Source of the DNA: the human T2T-CHM13v2.0 reference genome, Homo sapiens | NCBI RefSeq assembly: GCF_009914755.1 | Contig: NC_060941.1 | DNA length: 64,000 nucleotides | Direction: 5' to 3' (one strand) | In this document: in pieces, positions 62,072 to 64,000 of the stretch | Numbering within the stretch: the first letter of the stretch is position 1 | How the letters are laid out: each line of letters opens with the position of its first letter | The notes under the pieces: generated by a model | What the model saw: the letters and a program-made list of their open reading frames with translations, nothing else | The model's database searches: none | Told to the model about the DNA's origin: nothing | Translations under genes and position numbers: made by a program

Positions 62072-64000
62072 TAGAGATAGAGTCTCGTTATGTTACCCAG
62101 GCTGGTCGAGAGCTCCTGGGCTCAAGTGATTCTCCCACCTCAGCCTTCCAAAGTGCTGGGATTATAGATGAGAACTACCATGCCCAGCCTCAACTTCTAA
62201 CATAGCCCTGATCACACTTGTCTATCTTTACCTGTATACTACAAACTATCCAAGGGTAACATCTAGATCTCTTGAGCCACTACAGAGTATCATTAAATAG
62301 TCAACAGATGAATTAGATAAAACAGAGAAGAGTTGGAAGTCAGAAAAAGAATGAGTAATGTTGGTACAATCTAGTCACCAGCGAATATGGTTAATAGGCT
62401 TGGTTAAAAAACCCAAGTTCTATCCCAAACTATTACTATTTCATTATCATGGTTACATGGAAATGAAGCAGCTAAATGATCTTGTTTAATGTTCACAGAA
62501 GAGCCAGAAGTAGAAACTCCATCTAACATAAAAGGCGACAGCAAAAATACCTACATACTTATGAAACACTTAGAAAAAAGGTGTTCAAAATTTTATCTCT
62601 ACACAAGGCATTTTCTAACAGAAACTTTTCCTGGTTTTTGTTCTCATACACACGAAATAGAAGTCGATACCTTAGTTTCTGGCAGAGAGGAGAAAGAAGG
62701 GGACTGAATTGTCAAAGCTCTAGCCTGAAACTCATTTCTATTATTTGTTTCTATTGAGAATCAGTTAATAGGGCCATTAACAATTTCTTCTGAAATTGTG
62801 ATTGAAGAAAGAAAAAAAACTGACGTTCTTTATTTATTCTAAACCTCTATTTAATAACACCATTGTGGTGTAGATCCTACCAATCTGCGACTTGGTACAT
62901 GTCAATGCTTCAGTAGAAAGACTCCAATTTATGCAAATGTGTCTCATACAGGTAATTTATTTTCAATTTCACAGGGACACATAGACATCATAGTAATGCA
63001 AGCTATAGGAGTAAATCTATTATGATAACATTACTAATAAATGTTACCAAACTAAATAAGTCAAGGATTTTTTTTTAATTTATAAAGTACATGTTTATTT
63101 TTGCTATTACATGCTTATTCTGGCTACCACTAAAGGACACAGGAGAGGTCCTTACCACAACCATTTAAAAAAATTTTTTAGGCCAGCACAGTGGCTCATA
63201 CCTGTAATCCCAGCACTTTGGGAGGCTGAGGCAGGACTGCTTGAGCCCAGGAGTTTGCAACCAGCCTGGGAAACATGGCGAGACCTGGTCTCTACAAAAA
63301 AAAAAAAAAATTAGCTGGGCATGGTGGTGCACACCTATAGTCTCAGCTACTCGAAAGGCTGAGGCAGGATTGCTTGAACCCAGGAGGTCGAGGCTGCAGT
63401 GAGCCAAGATCCCACCACTGCACTCTAGCCTAGGCAACAGAGCAAGATCCTGTCTCCAAAAAAACAAACAGACAAAAAAAAAAACAAAAGAAATTTCTTG
63501 AAAGAATAGATGTACTGGCCAGGCGCAGTGGCTCACGCCTATAATCCCAGCACTTTGGGAGGCCAAGGCAGGGAGATCACTGGAGGCCAGGGGTTTGAGA
63601 TCAGCCTGGCCAACATAACGAAACCCCATCTCTACTCTAAAAATACAAAAAAATCAGCCGGCATGGTGGCACACACCTGCAGTCCCAGCTACTTTGGAGG
63701 CTGAGGCAAGAAAATCACTTGAAGCCGGGAGGCAGAGGTGGCAGTGAGCTGAGATCCTGTCAGTGCACTCCAGGCTGGGTGACAGAGCAAGACTCTGTCA
63801 AAAAAAAAAAAAAAAAAAAAAAAAGAGAGAGAGAATATATGTACTGCCAGATTAAGAGGAAAAAAACATTTCCATCATCTCAGATATCCTTACGGTTGTT
63901 CCCAATTAATCTGCACACCCCTGAAATCACTATTCCAACTTCTATCACTATTTGTTAGTTTTGCTTCTGTGTTCTTCGACTTCATATAAATGGAATCATA

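Overview
Human (primate) genomic DNA, Alu/L1-rich, lying wholly inside the deubiquitinase gene USP32 on the minus strand. I reconstructed 17 consecutive coding exons by hand (54200 down to 4398). All have GT-AG boundaries and compatible phases, giving 2259 nt = 753 codons with no stop; from memory this is about aa 331-1083, exons 10-26. They encode the end of the EF-hand region, a split DUSP domain, a UBL domain and the N-terminal half of the USP catalytic domain including the Cys box. Residues such as [21 protein letters not shown] fit USP32 rather than its paralog USP6. The introns contain: an intact H/ACA scaRNA (SCARNA20/ACA66) whose 3' pocket pairs around U12 snRNA U28; an RPL32 processed pseudogene; a SEPT7 processed pseudogene in a four-layer nest (MER6 > SEPT7 retrocopy > LTR > Alu); a U6 fragment; an L1-derived alternative terminal exon; an in-frame alternative donor (+14 aa); a short polyadenylated LTR R-region retrocopy; a 47-bp-arm palindrome; and a head-to-head AluY pair. 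Apart from those overlapping exons or pseudogene/L1 remnants, the ORFs in the supplied track are repeat artefacts. I see no wholly new multi-gene system. The best open leads are the scaRNA's orphan 5' pocket, the R-only LTR retrocopy, the palindrome and a stop-free exon 13-15 circle. Exon numbers, repeat family names and reference sequences come from recall and were not checked against databases.
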